NCBI GenBank assembly: GCA_050012515.1
Contig: JBEKHA010000013.1
Span: 1,441-65,440, forward strand
DNA from: Sedimentisphaerales bacterium
GTDB taxonomy: Bacteria > Planctomycetota > Phycisphaerae > Sedimentisphaerales > Anaerobacaceae
Direction of reading: 5' to 3'
Length of the DNA stretch: 64,000 nt
This document shows, one piece after another, positions 40,091-50,300 of the stretch; position 1 is the stretch's first letter; each line of letters opens with the position of its first letter. A program made the translations under genes and the position numbers. Under the pieces are notes generated by a model. That model did not search any database. It was not told where the DNA came from and saw nothing but the letters and a program-made list of their open reading frames with translations.

Positions 40091-40639
40091 TTATGGCTGC
40101 GAAACCGTAATATATATATGACAACCTTTTTTAGTGAGAGAATGAGCTCTGCCTCTGTCCTTGGCTATCCACCGCTTGGTGCCGATTCTGACGCCCGCGT
40201 CATCAACACGCGCCTCACTTATATAAAGATTATCCACGTCTGCTTCCTGCTCATCCGCGTCGGCTATCGCCGCACGAAGCGCCTTGCTTATCATTTCCGC
40301 GGCACGCTTCCGCGTGAACTTCAAAATATCCAGCGCGTCCTGCACCTTCCGGCCCGCTATCAACTGCGTAACCAGCCGTGCCTTGCGCGGAGCAAACGGT
40401 GCGTATCTGCAGGTTGAACACCAGCCGGCAATGTCATTCGGCTCAACACCCAGTGCCGTCGCCAGACGCTTTACGTCTTCGGTGCTGGGTATCGGCTTGA
40501 ATAAACCGTGCTGCCAGTTCTTTACAGCCGATATCGCGTCCTGCTTATCAAGCCCCGCCCTTACAAGCTGGCCGCCTAATTGCTCCACGCTAACTTTGCG
40601 CTCTTTACTGATTTTTTTCAATTTTTCTGGGTTCAACAT
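40091..40639 (-). CDS. rplV: 50S ribosomal protein L22 with a ~70-aa N-terminal HTH-like extension
   Basis: The core 'RYAPFAPRKARLVTQLIAGRKVQDALDILKF' starts near aa 72. The ATG lies 14 nt after the rpsS stop. Confidence 0.88.
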   Translation of the reverse strand: MLNPEKLKKISKERKVSVEQLGGQLVRAGLDKQDAISAVKNWQHGLFKPIPSTEDVKRLATALGVEPNDIAGWCSTCRYAPFAPRKARLVTQLIAGRKVQDALDILKFTRKRAAEMISKALRAAIADADEQEADVDNLYISEARVDDAGVRIGTKRWIAKDRGRAHSLTKKGCHIYITVSQP

Positions 40640-40653
40640 ATCTATTCAAAACC

Positions 40654-40947
40654 TTACTCTGCCGGTGCCGCCGTCTCTTCTTCTACTTTCCTTGTTGAAT
40701 GTCCTCTGAATACCCTGGTCGGCGAAAATTCCCCGAGCTTATGACCAACCATATCCTCGGTAACATAAACTTTGTGGAACATTTTGCCGTTATGCACCAT
40801 AAATGTATAACCAATGAATTCCGGAATTATCGTGCACCTTCGTGCCCAGGTCTTTATCGGCTCGCGTAATCCGGTCTGTATCTGCTTGTTGACCTTTGCA
40901 AACAGTTTCACGTCAACGTATGGCCCTTTTTTCAGCGATCTTCCCAT
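40654..40947 (-). CDS. rpsS: 30S ribosomal protein S19
   Basis: '[12 protein letters not shown]...HNGK'. Confidence 0.96.
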   Translation of the reverse strand: MGRSLKKGPYVDVKLFAKVNKQIQTGLREPIKTWARRCTIIPEFIGYTFMVHNGKMFHKVYVTEDMVGHKLGEFSPTRVFRGHSTRKVEEETAAPAE

Positions 40948-40993
40948 TCGATTTCCTCAGGCCGGTCAACCGGCCTCGATAACATCCTTCACA

Positions 40994-41845
40994 TCAAATT
41001 TCCACTTGTCCATGTGCGCTGCTCTTGCGTCTCCGGATAATTCGCTTGCTGCTGACTTTTCTCGGGCATCTTGTTTTTCCGCCCTTTGCCAGCACGCCGG
41101 TCGGTGAGCAGGGATGACGTCCGCCGTTGCTCCTGCCTTCGCCGCCGCCCATCGGATGCGCTACCGGGTTCTGTGCCTTGCCGCGAACGTGGCCTCTGCG
41201 GCCTTTATGTCTTGTCCGCCCCGCCTTGCCCCACCGGATATTCTGGTAGTCGGAATTGCCCAGCTTGCCTATCGTCGCGCGACATTCCTTGCGCACCATT
41301 CTCATTTCGCCGCTGGGCAGTTGAAGCGTTACCCAGTCGCCTTCTTTCGCGATTATTCTCGCCGCTGAGCCGGCAACACGCACTAACTTGCCGCCCTGTC
41401 CGGCTGTCATTTCGACATTATGAACTTCAAGGCCGCTCGGAATCGCCTCTAACGGCATCGCGTTGCCGACTTTCGGCTCGCAAACCATACCGCTCTCAAC
41501 TTTATCGCCCAGCTTAATGCCTTCCGGGGCCAGTATGTATCGTTTTTCGCCGTCAACGTAGTGCAGCAATGATATATAACAATTCCTGTTCGGGTCATAT
41601 TCCACGCTTGCCACGCTCGCGCCGACGCCGTCTTTGTCTCTCTTAAAATCAATGAGGCGGTAAATCTGTCTCGCACCGCCTCCTCTGAACCGAACCATAG
41701 TCATACCGCTGTGGTTTCTGCCGCCTGATTTCTTTATGCGAATACACAGTGACTTTTCCGGCCTGTCAGTTGTCAGCTCGGCAAAATCATTTACTGAGCT
41801 GTTTCTGCGCCCTGCACTTGTCGGCTTGTATATTTTAATTCCCAT
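40994..41845 (-). CDS. rplB: 50S ribosomal protein L2
   Basis: 'MGIKIYKPTSAGRR...GGGEGR'. Confidence 0.96.
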   Translation of the reverse strand: MGIKIYKPTSAGRRNSSVNDFAELTTDRPEKSLCIRIKKSGGRNHSGMTMVRFRGGGARQIYRLIDFKRDKDGVGASVASVEYDPNRNCYISLLHYVDGEKRYILAPEGIKLGDKVESGMVCEPKVGNAMPLEAIPSGLEVHNVEMTAGQGGKLVRVAGSAARIIAKEGDWVTLQLPSGEMRMVRKECRATIGKLGNSDYQNIRWGKAGRTRHKGRRGHVRGKAQNPVAHPMGGGEGRSNGGRHPCSPTGVLAKGGKTRCPRKVSSKRIIRRRKSSAHGQVEI

Positions 41846-41863
41846 ATTGCTTTGCTCTCTTTA

Positions 41864-42142
41864 TTAGAACAGGTCTATATGATAATCGGGCTTAAGGTAC
41901 ACCACGGCCTTTTTCCAGTCCTGTGTGAAACCCATTGTCCTGCCTTTGCGCCTGAATTTGCCTTTTCTGTTCGCGGTCCTTACCTTGTCAACCTTCACTG
42001 CGTACAGCCGCTCAACAGCGCCTTTAATCTGCATCTTGTTGGCGTCCTTGTTCACTTCGAACGCGTATGCGCTTATTTTTCCCGCAAGGTGCGTACCCTG
42101 CTCTGTAATCAACGGTTTAACTATAATATTATGGTCTTTCAT
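41864..42142 (-). CDS. rplW: 50S ribosomal protein L23
   Basis: 'IIVKPLITEQG...FEVNKDANK'. Confidence 0.93.
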   Translation of the reverse strand: MKDHNIIVKPLITEQGTHLAGKISAYAFEVNKDANKMQIKGAVERLYAVKVDKVRTANRKGKFRRKGRTMGFTQDWKKAVVYLKPDYHIDLF

Positions 42143-42153
42143 AATACCGGCAG

Positions 42154-42789
42154 TTAATTTTCACCTGATTCATTCTTGTTCATAAGGGACATAAACGCCT
42201 CTTTGGTAAACAACAGTTTTGTATGCCTGCAAATATCCCCCGCATTTGACTCCGCCGCCAGGAGCACCGACACCTTCGGTATATTTCTCGCTGAGCGCCA
42301 AAGCGTATCGTTGTGCTCGCCGATTATCACAAGACAACTGCGTTCTATTTTAAGATTTCCGAGTATATTCGCAAAATCCTTCGTCTTCGGCTTCTCAAAC
42401 GCAAGCTGGTCAACGACAACAACGTTATTGCTCAAAAGCTTCGACAGTATCGCCGAATCTCTCGCTAATTTCTTCTGCTTTTTGGGCATGTCCTGACTGA
42501 AGTCCCTCGCTTTTTTCGCGAATGTTACACCGCCGCCGACTCTTTTAGCCGTCCTGATTGTGCCGGCCCTGGCGTTACCGGTATGCTTCTGTGCGTATAT
42601 CTTGCGGGTCGAACCTTCAATCTGCCCCCTGCCCTTTGTCGCCGCAGTGCCCACCCGTTTGTTCGCGTTGTACATTACTATTGCCTGCTTCAGCAGTGCG
42701 TATCTCACGCGCCCGCCGAACGCCGACTCTGCGACCTTCAGGCTGCCGACTTCTTTACCGCTCTTATCATATACAGGCAAGCTTATCAT
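42154..42789 (-). CDS. rplD: 50S ribosomal protein L4
   Basis: 'QKHTGNARAGTIR'. Confidence 0.94.
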   Translation of the reverse strand: MISLPVYDKSGKEVGSLKVAESAFGGRVRYALLKQAIVMYNANKRVGTAATKGRGQIEGSTRKIYAQKHTGNARAGTIRTAKRVGGGVTFAKKARDFSQDMPKKQKKLARDSAILSKLLSNNVVVVDQLAFEKPKTKDFANILGNLKIERSCLVIIGEHNDTLWRSARNIPKVSVLLAAESNAGDICRHTKLLFTKEAFMSLMNKNESGEN

Positions 42790-42810
42790 CTGCTAATCCC
42801 TGTGCCCAAC

Positions 42811-43464
42811 CTATACCTTATTCTTCTGTGAAGTTCTAACTACGACATAACCGCCCGAAGGCCCGGGTACTGAACCTTTTACTACGAGCAGATTATTTTC
42901 CGGATCTATTGAAACAAGCTGATGTGTTTTGACTGTGATTCTCTTGGCCCCCATGTGTCCGCCCATCTTTTTACCCTTCTTTATGTCACCGCCGTGACCA
43001 CGGTCGGTTCCATAACCCGCCTGCGAACCCGGCGAACGGTGCTTGCGTTCTGTGCCGTGCGAACCAGGCATACCGCCGAAATGGTGTCGCTTCATCGGGC
43101 CTGCAAATCCCTTGCCTTTGCTCGTCCCGATGACATCGACAAATTTCGTTTCCGCGAATGTCGTTACCGTTACCGCGTCGCCCGGATTCACTTCCGCCTT
43201 CGCATCGCCGATAAGACGCATTTCCCTGATAAACCTTTTGGGGGCCGTCTTGGCCTTCTCAGCGTGTGCAATCGCGGCCTTGGTGCTGCGCGACGCTTTC
43301 ACGTCGTCAAATCCGAGCTGAACCGCGTTATAGCCGTCTGTCTCAACGGTCTTTACCTGCATAACGACACAGGGGCCGGCCTGTATTACTGTAACGGGCA
43401 ACAGCCGTTCCTTCTCATCGTAAACCTGTGTCATTCCAACTTTTTTTCCAAGCAGCATTGCCAC
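42811..43464 (-). CDS. rplC: 50S ribosomal protein L3
   Basis: 'LLGKKVGMTQVY...GKGFAG'. Confidence 0.95.
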   Translation of the reverse strand: MAMLLGKKVGMTQVYDEKERLLPVTVIQAGPCVVMQVKTVETDGYNAVQLGFDDVKASRSTKAAIAHAEKAKTAPKRFIREMRLIGDAKAEVNPGDAVTVTTFAETKFVDVIGTSKGKGFAGPMKRHHFGGMPGSHGTERKHRSPGSQAGYGTDRGHGGDIKKGKKMGGHMGAKRITVKTHQLVSIDPENNLLVVKGSVPGPSGGYVVVRTSQKNKV

Positions 43465-43494
43465 TTTTATCTTCCCTGTTACTGACCTGCTTTA

Positions 43495-43809
43495 TTATGC
43501 CTTGATTTTTACGAAAACACCGGCAGGCACAACCAGCCGGTTAAGAACCTCAACCGTCCGTGCATTCGCCTCGCGAATATCAATCAGACGCTTGTGTGTT
43601 CGCAACTCAAATTGTTCACGTGATTTCTTGTCGATATGCGGGCTTCTCAGCACGGTGTATCTTTCGATGCGTGTCGGCAGGGGAATGGGACCGCTGATAC
43701 GAGCATTGGTCCTTCTGGCGTGTTCCACTATTTCCTTTGCGGATGCATCCAGAATCCTGTGGTCGTATGCTTCCATCCTTATTTTTATTCTTTCTGTTTC
43801 ACCGGCCAT
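43495..43809 (-). CDS. rpsJ: 30S ribosomal protein S10
   Basis: '[14 protein letters not shown]...GPIPLPT'. Confidence 0.96.
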   Translation of the reverse strand: MAGETERIKIRMEAYDHRILDASAKEIVEHARRTNARISGPIPLPTRIERYTVLRSPHIDKKSREQFELRTHKRLIDIREANARTVEVLNRLVVPAGVFVKIKA

Positions 43810-44306
43810 AATACTGTGCCCAAATTCTTAGTATTGTTACAACCTGTTTTTTCACACCTTTGACCGCGACTACTATACTTCTGCTGTCACTGCACCGACA
43901 AAAACACCCCTGCGGTTTCAGCGCTCTATCATGCCTTCTTGGCAGGAAGGACCTGATTTGGTCATCAAACACCCGCGGTCACAGGCATCCAACGCCACAA
44001 TCGCCTTCCTTAACGAATCGGGGTTCTAATCCTTTTGGACAAAGCTGCCTAGCCATCAGCCGACAACTCATCCCAGCTCTTACGGGGTTTATTGGCAACC
44101 CCTGCTGTACCCCTTAATTAAACCAATCAACCAATCAAACCGTCCTTGACGACCACGATTCGCAAGACGTGTTACAGCCCAACTCGTCAATCGCAAAGCC
44201 ATCCCTGGCGATGCTCGCTACGGCTGAAAGATTAGCAATTTAACATACAGCCCGACTTACGTCAACCAGCAAATTACAAAAATTTTTCAAAGAAATTAAT
44301 ATTTTT

Positions 44307-46385
44307 TTACAGCGATATAACCTGTTCAGCAATCTGTTCGGGCACTTTCTCGTAACTTAAGGGCTCCATAGTAAACGTGCCTCTACCGGCCGTTGCACTT
44401 CTTATCTCGCTGGAATACCCGAACATCTCGGACAATGGGACCTTAGCGTCAATTGTCCGCGTTTTTCCGTGAATTCTGCTGTCTGTGATAAATCCCCTCT
44501 TGGAAAGCAAGCTGGCCTGGATAACCCCGAAATGGGCCTCCGGAACAATAACCTCAATCTTCATAACCGGCTCCAAAAGTATCGGGCCGGCCTTTTCGAG
44601 AGCTGCCTTAATCGCAATCGCCGCCGCCTGCTCAAATGCAATATCCGATGAATCCACAGTATGATATGAGCCGTCAATTAACGTAACTTTAATCCCCATA
44701 ACGGGATAGCCCGCTAAAGTGCCCGTCCCAAGGGCATCTTCAACCCCCTTCTCGACAGCCCCGACATACTCTCTGGGCACCCTGTCTCCACCTGCCTCAT
44801 TGATAAACTCCATCTCCCTGCTCAAGTGTCCGTCTTCGCCAAATAATGGCTCAACCTTCAAAACAACATGCCCATATTGCCCCCTTCCCCCAGTTTGACG
44901 CACAAACTTGCCTTCCGATTCGGCTTGTTTGGTAATCGCCTCTTTATATGCCACACGAGGCCTGCCAACCTTGATATCTACCCCTTTTTCATTCATCAGC
45001 TTGTGCTGCAGAATCTCAAGATGAAGCTCGCCCATACCGCTGATAATCATTTGACCGGTTTCGTGGTCAACCTTCGATTCAAAAGTCGGGTCTTCCCGCC
45101 GCAATGCTGCAAGGGCGTCGCCCAGCTTATTTTTATCGCCGGCCGTCTTCGGCTCTATCGACATACTTATTACCGTCTGCGGGAAAGTAATACTGGCAAG
45201 CAGTACCGGATGCTTCGGGTCGCTCAGCGTGTCGCCCGTAATTGTATGTTTAGGACCAACCACGGCCATTATGTCACCTGCATGGGCCTCTTCGAGAATT
45301 TTGCGGTCGTTGGCGTGCATCTCGAACATTCGCGTGATATTTTCCCGCTTGTCGCGAGTAACATTGAGCACCCTGCTGCCCGACTTCAATGTCCCCTGGT
45401 ATATTCTTATAAAATTCAGGTCACCGTGCGGCTCGCTGATAATCTTAAAGGCAAGAGCCACTAAACTGCCTTTCGGGTCGCACTTGACCGGGATTTTCTT
45501 TTCCTCGTCGCCGGGCGCATGGGCAATAATCGGCGGTTTTTCCATCGGCGAAGGCAAATATGCCACAACCCCGTCCAGCAGTTTCTGAATGCCGATATAC
45601 TGCAAAGCAGACCCGCAAAATACAGGATGCAGCTTGCCGGCAATTGTCCCCTTCCTTATCGCCCTGTGAATCAGCTCCTCCTCAATGGGCTTGTCGTGGA
45701 CGTATTTATCCATCATTTCTTCATCATGCTCGGCCGCGTGCTCAAGCAGCGTGTGCCTGGCCTGCTCCACTTTGCTGCGGTACTCCGCGGGAATCTCGAC
45801 CTCCTCGAAATCAGCCCCCAGCTTTTTCGTATTGAAAATAACCGCGTGCATCTTGATTAAATCTATAACCCCGGTAAACGTGTCTGAAGCCCCTATTGGA
45901 AGCTGCACAACAAGGGGATTGGCAGCGAGTTTTTCCCTGATGCTGTCAACGCTCATTTCAAAATCCGCGCCGACCTTGTCCATCTTGTTGATAAAGCAAA
46001 GGCAGGGCACGCCGTATTTCTGTCCCTGTCTCCAGACCGTCTCGCTCTGCGCCTGCACGCCTTCGCTGCCGTCAAAAACAATCACGGCCCCGTCAAGCAC
46101 TCTCAGCGACCTCTCCACTTCCGCCGTAAAATCAATATGTCCCGGCGTATCAATAAGGTTGACTTCCGCCCCGGCCCACGGGAATCTTGTCGCCGCCGAC
46201 GTAATGGTTATCCCTCTTTTTTGCTCTTCTTCGAGGTAGTCCATCACCGCCGTGCCGTCGTGAACCTCGCCCATTTTGTAGGTCTTGCCGGCGTAATAAA
46301 GAACTCGCTCCGACACCGTCGTTTTGCCGGCGTCAATATGAGCGATAATGCCTATATTGCGTATTTTCTTAAGCTCTTCTAACAT
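44307..46385 (-). CDS. fusA: Elongation factor G
   Basis: 'NIGIIAHIDAGKTT', 'DTPGHIDF', 'NKMD'. Confidence 0.97.
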   Translation of the reverse strand: MLEELKKIRNIGIIAHIDAGKTTVSERVLYYAGKTYKMGEVHDGTAVMDYLEEEQKRGITITSAATRFPWAGAEVNLIDTPGHIDFTAEVERSLRVLDGAVIVFDGSEGVQAQSETVWRQGQKYGVPCLCFINKMDKVGADFEMSVDSIREKLAANPLVVQLPIGASDTFTGVIDLIKMHAVIFNTKKLGADFEEVEIPAEYRSKVEQARHTLLEHAAEHDEEMMDKYVHDKPIEEELIHRAIRKGTIAGKLHPVFCGSALQYIGIQKLLDGVVAYLPSPMEKPPIIAHAPGDEEKKIPVKCDPKGSLVALAFKIISEPHGDLNFIRIYQGTLKSGSRVLNVTRDKRENITRMFEMHANDRKILEEAHAGDIMAVVGPKHTITGDTLSDPKHPVLLASITFPQTVISMSIEPKTAGDKNKLGDALAALRREDPTFESKVDHETGQMIISGMGELHLEILQHKLMNEKGVDIKVGRPRVAYKEAITKQAESEGKFVRQTGGRGQYGHVVLKVEPLFGEDGHLSREMEFINEAGGDRVPREYVGAVEKGVEDALGTGTLAGYPVMGIKVTLIDGSYHTVDSSDIAFEQAAAIAIKAALEKAGPILLEPVMKIEVIVPEAHFGVIQASLLSKRGFITDSRIHGKTRTIDAKVPLSEMFGYSSEIRSATAGRGTFTMEPLSYEKVPEQIAEQVISL

Positions 46386-46469
46386 CTGTTTGTCGTCACT
46401 AAAAAAATTTCAATAAAAAAAACTGCCACGGTTGACCATAAGGCACCATGGCAGTTCAATACGTCCTTG

Positions 46470-46943
46470 CTACCACGCGAAATGAGCAAACGCCTTGTTG
46501 GCGTCCGCCATCTTGTGCACGTTTTCCCTCATCATCATTGCGCCGCCTTTTTTGTTGTAGGCCTCAATCAGCTCCGCCGCCAGGCGTTCGCACATCGGCT
46601 TGCCTTTCGCGCCTCTCGATGCATCGAGTATCCATCGTATCGCCAGCGATTGCTGACGCTTCGAGCTTACCTGCATCGGGACCTGGTAACTTGCCCCGCC
46701 GACGCGCTTGCTGCGAACCTCAATCGCCGGCTTGACGTTATTCACCGCGGCCTCGAAAACCTCAATCGCCGGAGCGGCCTTTTCCTTCTCGGCTATTATA
46801 TCTATCGCATCGTAAAATATCCGCTGCGCAACGCTCTTTTTGCCTGCCCACATCAGGCAATTGATAAATTTCCCCGCCAGCCGGCTGTTATATTTGCCGT
46901 CGGCCTTCAGCTGCTCTTTTGACGCTGTTGCTTTTTTTGCCAT
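46470..46943 (-). CDS. rpsG: 30S ribosomal protein S7
   Basis: 157 aa. S7 pattern ending '...[13 protein letters not shown]'. Confidence 0.96.
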   Translation of the reverse strand: MAKKATASKEQLKADGKYNSRLAGKFINCLMWAGKKSVAQRIFYDAIDIIAEKEKAAPAIEVFEAAVNNVKPAIEVRSKRVGGASYQVPMQVSSKRQQSLAIRWILDASRGAKGKPMCERLAAELIEAYNKKGGAMMMRENVHKMADANKAFAHFAW

Positions 46944-46985
46944 TCTTTTGTTCCTCGATACCCTTACTCAAACCTTAAAAGTAAA

Positions 46986-47357
46986 TTATTTGCCTTTCTT
47001 TGCGCCGTATTTGCTTCTGCCCCGCCTGCGATTGGCGACGCCCGCGCAATCCAGCACCCCGCGAATTATATGGTAACGCACGCCGGGCAAATCACGCACA
47101 CGGCCCCCTCGTATCATTACCGTGCTGTGTTCCTGCAGGTTGTGGTCTATTCCCGGTATATAAGCCGTTACTTCCTTGCCGTTGGTCAGCCGAACACGAG
47201 CCACCTTACGCAAAGCCGAATTGGGCTTCTTGGGAGTCATCGTCCGGACAATCAGGCATACCCCTCGTTTCTGGGGCGACCCGCTTATGTCCGACCGTCT
47301 TTTCTGGCCTTTCGATTTGGCTCTCGGGTTTCTTACCAACTGGTTCATTGTCGCCAT
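46986..47357 (-). CDS. rpsL: 30S ribosomal protein S12
   Basis: '[12 protein letters not shown]...[10 protein letters not shown]'. Confidence 0.97.
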   Translation of the reverse strand: MATMNQLVRNPRAKSKGQKRRSDISGSPQKRGVCLIVRTMTPKKPNSALRKVARVRLTNGKEVTAYIPGIDHNLQEHSTVMIRGGRVRDLPGVRYHIIRGVLDCAGVANRRRGRSKYGAKKGK

Positions 47358-47385
47358 AAATCTGTCACTCCAACGTCTATAAAAA

Positions 47386-50300
47386 CTACTTAATGCCCAG
47401 GGCTTCCTTCATCTTGGCTTCCTTCTGGGCTTCCGCCGCCTTGCCTTCTTCAATTTCACTCACTTCTTTGAATTCCTTGGGCAACGGCGCCTCGGCAAGG
47501 TGTTTAACCTTCAATTCCAGATATGGCTTAAACGCCGTGCCTGCCGGTATCAAATGCCCAAGTATCACGTTCTCTTTCAAACCGGCGAGTTTGTCTATGT
47601 TACCACCTAACGCCGCTTCGGTCAATATCTTTGTCGTCTGCTGGAAGCTGGCTGCGGCGATAAAGCTGTCCGAACGCAGCGATGCCTTGGTAATACCCAA
47701 AAGCAGCGTCTTGGCTGTTGCCATTTTCGGTTTTTTGCCCTTCGCCGGCTCGCCGCCGATTAATTCAACCTTTTCGTTGATGGTCGCCAGCTTGGCCTTA
47801 TCTATGACCTGACCTTCTTTAAGCTCATGCGCCTCGCCCGCGCTGGCTATCTTGATGCTTTCATTGAGCCGCGTGTTTTCCCTGCGGAACTCAAATTTGT
47901 CAACCACTTCGCCAGGTAAAAACTCGCTGTCGCCCACCGACTCAATCTCAATCTTTCGCATCATCTGTGAACATATAATCTCGATATGCTTGTCGTTGAT
48001 ATTGACGTTCTGCGAACGATAAACGTTCTGAATTTCGCCAATCAAATATCTCTGCAGCGACTCTTCGCCCTTAATCCGCAGAATATCATGCGGAACCAGC
48101 GGGCCGTCGGTCAGCGTGTCGCCTGCCTCGACCATATCGCCCGTGTGAACATTCAAATGCCTGTCACGCGGCACGTGGTGTTCCTTTTCCATACCGGATT
48201 CGGAACGAATAATAATCGTCATCTTGCCCTTGCGCTTGTCGCTCTTGAGCTCAACGCGTCCGCTGATTTCCGCTATGGCCGCCGGGTCTTTGGGCTTGCG
48301 TGCCTCGAATACTTCCGTAACTCGCGGCAAACCGCCCGTGATATCCTGCGTTCCGCCCGTGGCTCTGGGCTGATGAGCAAGCAGCTGGCCCGCCTGGACC
48401 TGCTGGCCTTCCGTAACCTCTATTCGGGCGCCCGCGGGCAGATAGTGAACGTCAAGAATCTTGCCTTGGGCATCCTCAATCATAATCTGCGGGTGCTTAT
48501 CACCCTTGTGCTCGATTATGACCGGCTTATTGCCCAGCTGGCCTTTGCGCTCCTCTTCAAGCCGAATCGTCTCGCCTTCGATAATATCCACAAAGCGGAT
48601 TAAACCCGAAACCTCCGCCAATATCGGCGTGCGGTGCGGGTCCCACTCAAACAGCAGCGCCCCGCTTTTTACCTCTTCATTATTTTTCACTCTGACAATC
48701 GCGCCGTAAGGAACCTTGAACTTGTCAAGCTCGCGGTCCTTGTCATCCAGGATAGCAATCTCACCGTTACGCTTCAGGGCAACCGCCCTCGTACTGCCGT
48801 CCTCAGCAGTAAACACTACCGCGTTTAAATCGCGATAAAGTATTTTGCCCGGCTGAGTCGCTCTCTGCTCACGCTCCAGAATGGCACGAGAGGCAATACC
48901 GCCGGTGTGGAACGTTCGCAGTGTCAACTGTGTGCCCGGCTCGCCGATTGACTGGGCGGCTATAATCCCAACGGGCAGGCCTTCTTCAACAAGCTGCCCA
49001 GTGCTCATATCCCAGCCGTAACACTTCGCGCACATCCCGAACGGACTGTCGCACGTCAGCGGACTTCTGACCCTGATTGCGTCAAGCCCAAGCGCCTCAA
49101 TCTTCACGGCCGCGTCAGGCGTTATGACCTCATTTTCCCGGACAATCATCTCATCGGTAATCGGGTTGCGGATGTTGTCCCTTGCGGTCCTGCCGATAAT
49201 AAGCTGCGTCAAAGGCACATCAACCTGCTCGCCCCTGGCGACTGTGCTCTTGGTAATACCCTGCAGCGTCCCGCAATCCCTCTCGGTAATTATCATATTC
49301 TGAGCAACATCTATAAGTTTGCGGGTAAGATAACCCGAGTTGGCTGTCTTCAACGCCGTATCCGCAAGACCTTTTCTGGCGCCGTGCGTCGAGCTGAAAT
49401 ACTCGAGAACCGTCAATCCCTCGCGGAAGTTCGACTTAATCGGTGTCTCGATAATCTCGCCGCTGGGTTTGGCCATCAACGCTCGCATACCGGCAAGCTG
49501 CTGAATCTGGTCAACGCTGCCTCTCGCGCCGGAGATACTCATCATATAAATCGGGTTCAGATATTCTCTGATATTTAACCTTGGCACAGATCTTTCCGGA
49601 TATGCATATGCACGCATTAAATTATTTTTAATAATTTTCCAATCGATCTGATTGAATTGTTCATCTAACTCTGGGAAAAAAGTAAATTCTAAATTCTTTT
49701 TTATATAATCAATCGCACTAATATCATCCAACTTTTCAATTTTTTTAACAGCTTTATAAAGGCTATTATCTTTATTCTGAACAGTGTCTTTAATGCGATC
49801 CCAGCCACGATTGGTATATCCAATCCACTCTACTTTTTCGCTTTCTTTATTCCGGAAAACGATTATGCCTGGCTTGGAAGTTTCACTTCCACGAGACACA
49901 CTCGGATCGGAATACCATTTTGTGCCTGCTTCAATTGCCTTTCGGCATCTTTCAACGAATTGATCAGCTTTCTCGTTTTTAGATCTTACATTGTCAATAT
50001 CGTCTTCGTAATCTTCCTTGAGACCCTTCATCATTTCGCTCGTTACCGCGACACGAGAATTAGTCCAGGCATCAATAACCTGGTTGTACCGCTCGCCCTC
50101 GGTCAATACGCCGGCCTGATAGTTCTTCAGCACTTTCTTAACACGTTTTTCAGTCTCTTCGATGATGATTTCTTTTTTGTCCGGAATCTTCAAATCCATT
50201 ATGCCGAAGCTCAGCCCCGACAAGGTCGCATGCCTGAATCCTTTTTCTTTAATCTTGTCCAACAAATCAACCGTCGCCGCACTGCCGGCAATCGCGTAAC

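Noticed and set aside
43810-44306. RNase P RNA, SRP (4.5S) RNA or tmRNA in the fusA-rpsJ spacer
   Set aside because: I looked on both strands for GAGGAAAGUCCGGGC / ACAGAACCCGGCUUA (RNase P), GGUCCGGAAGGAAGCAGC (SRP domain IV) and a tRNA-like 3-prime end (tmRNA). Only short, partial resemblances were found, for example 'acagcccgacttac'.
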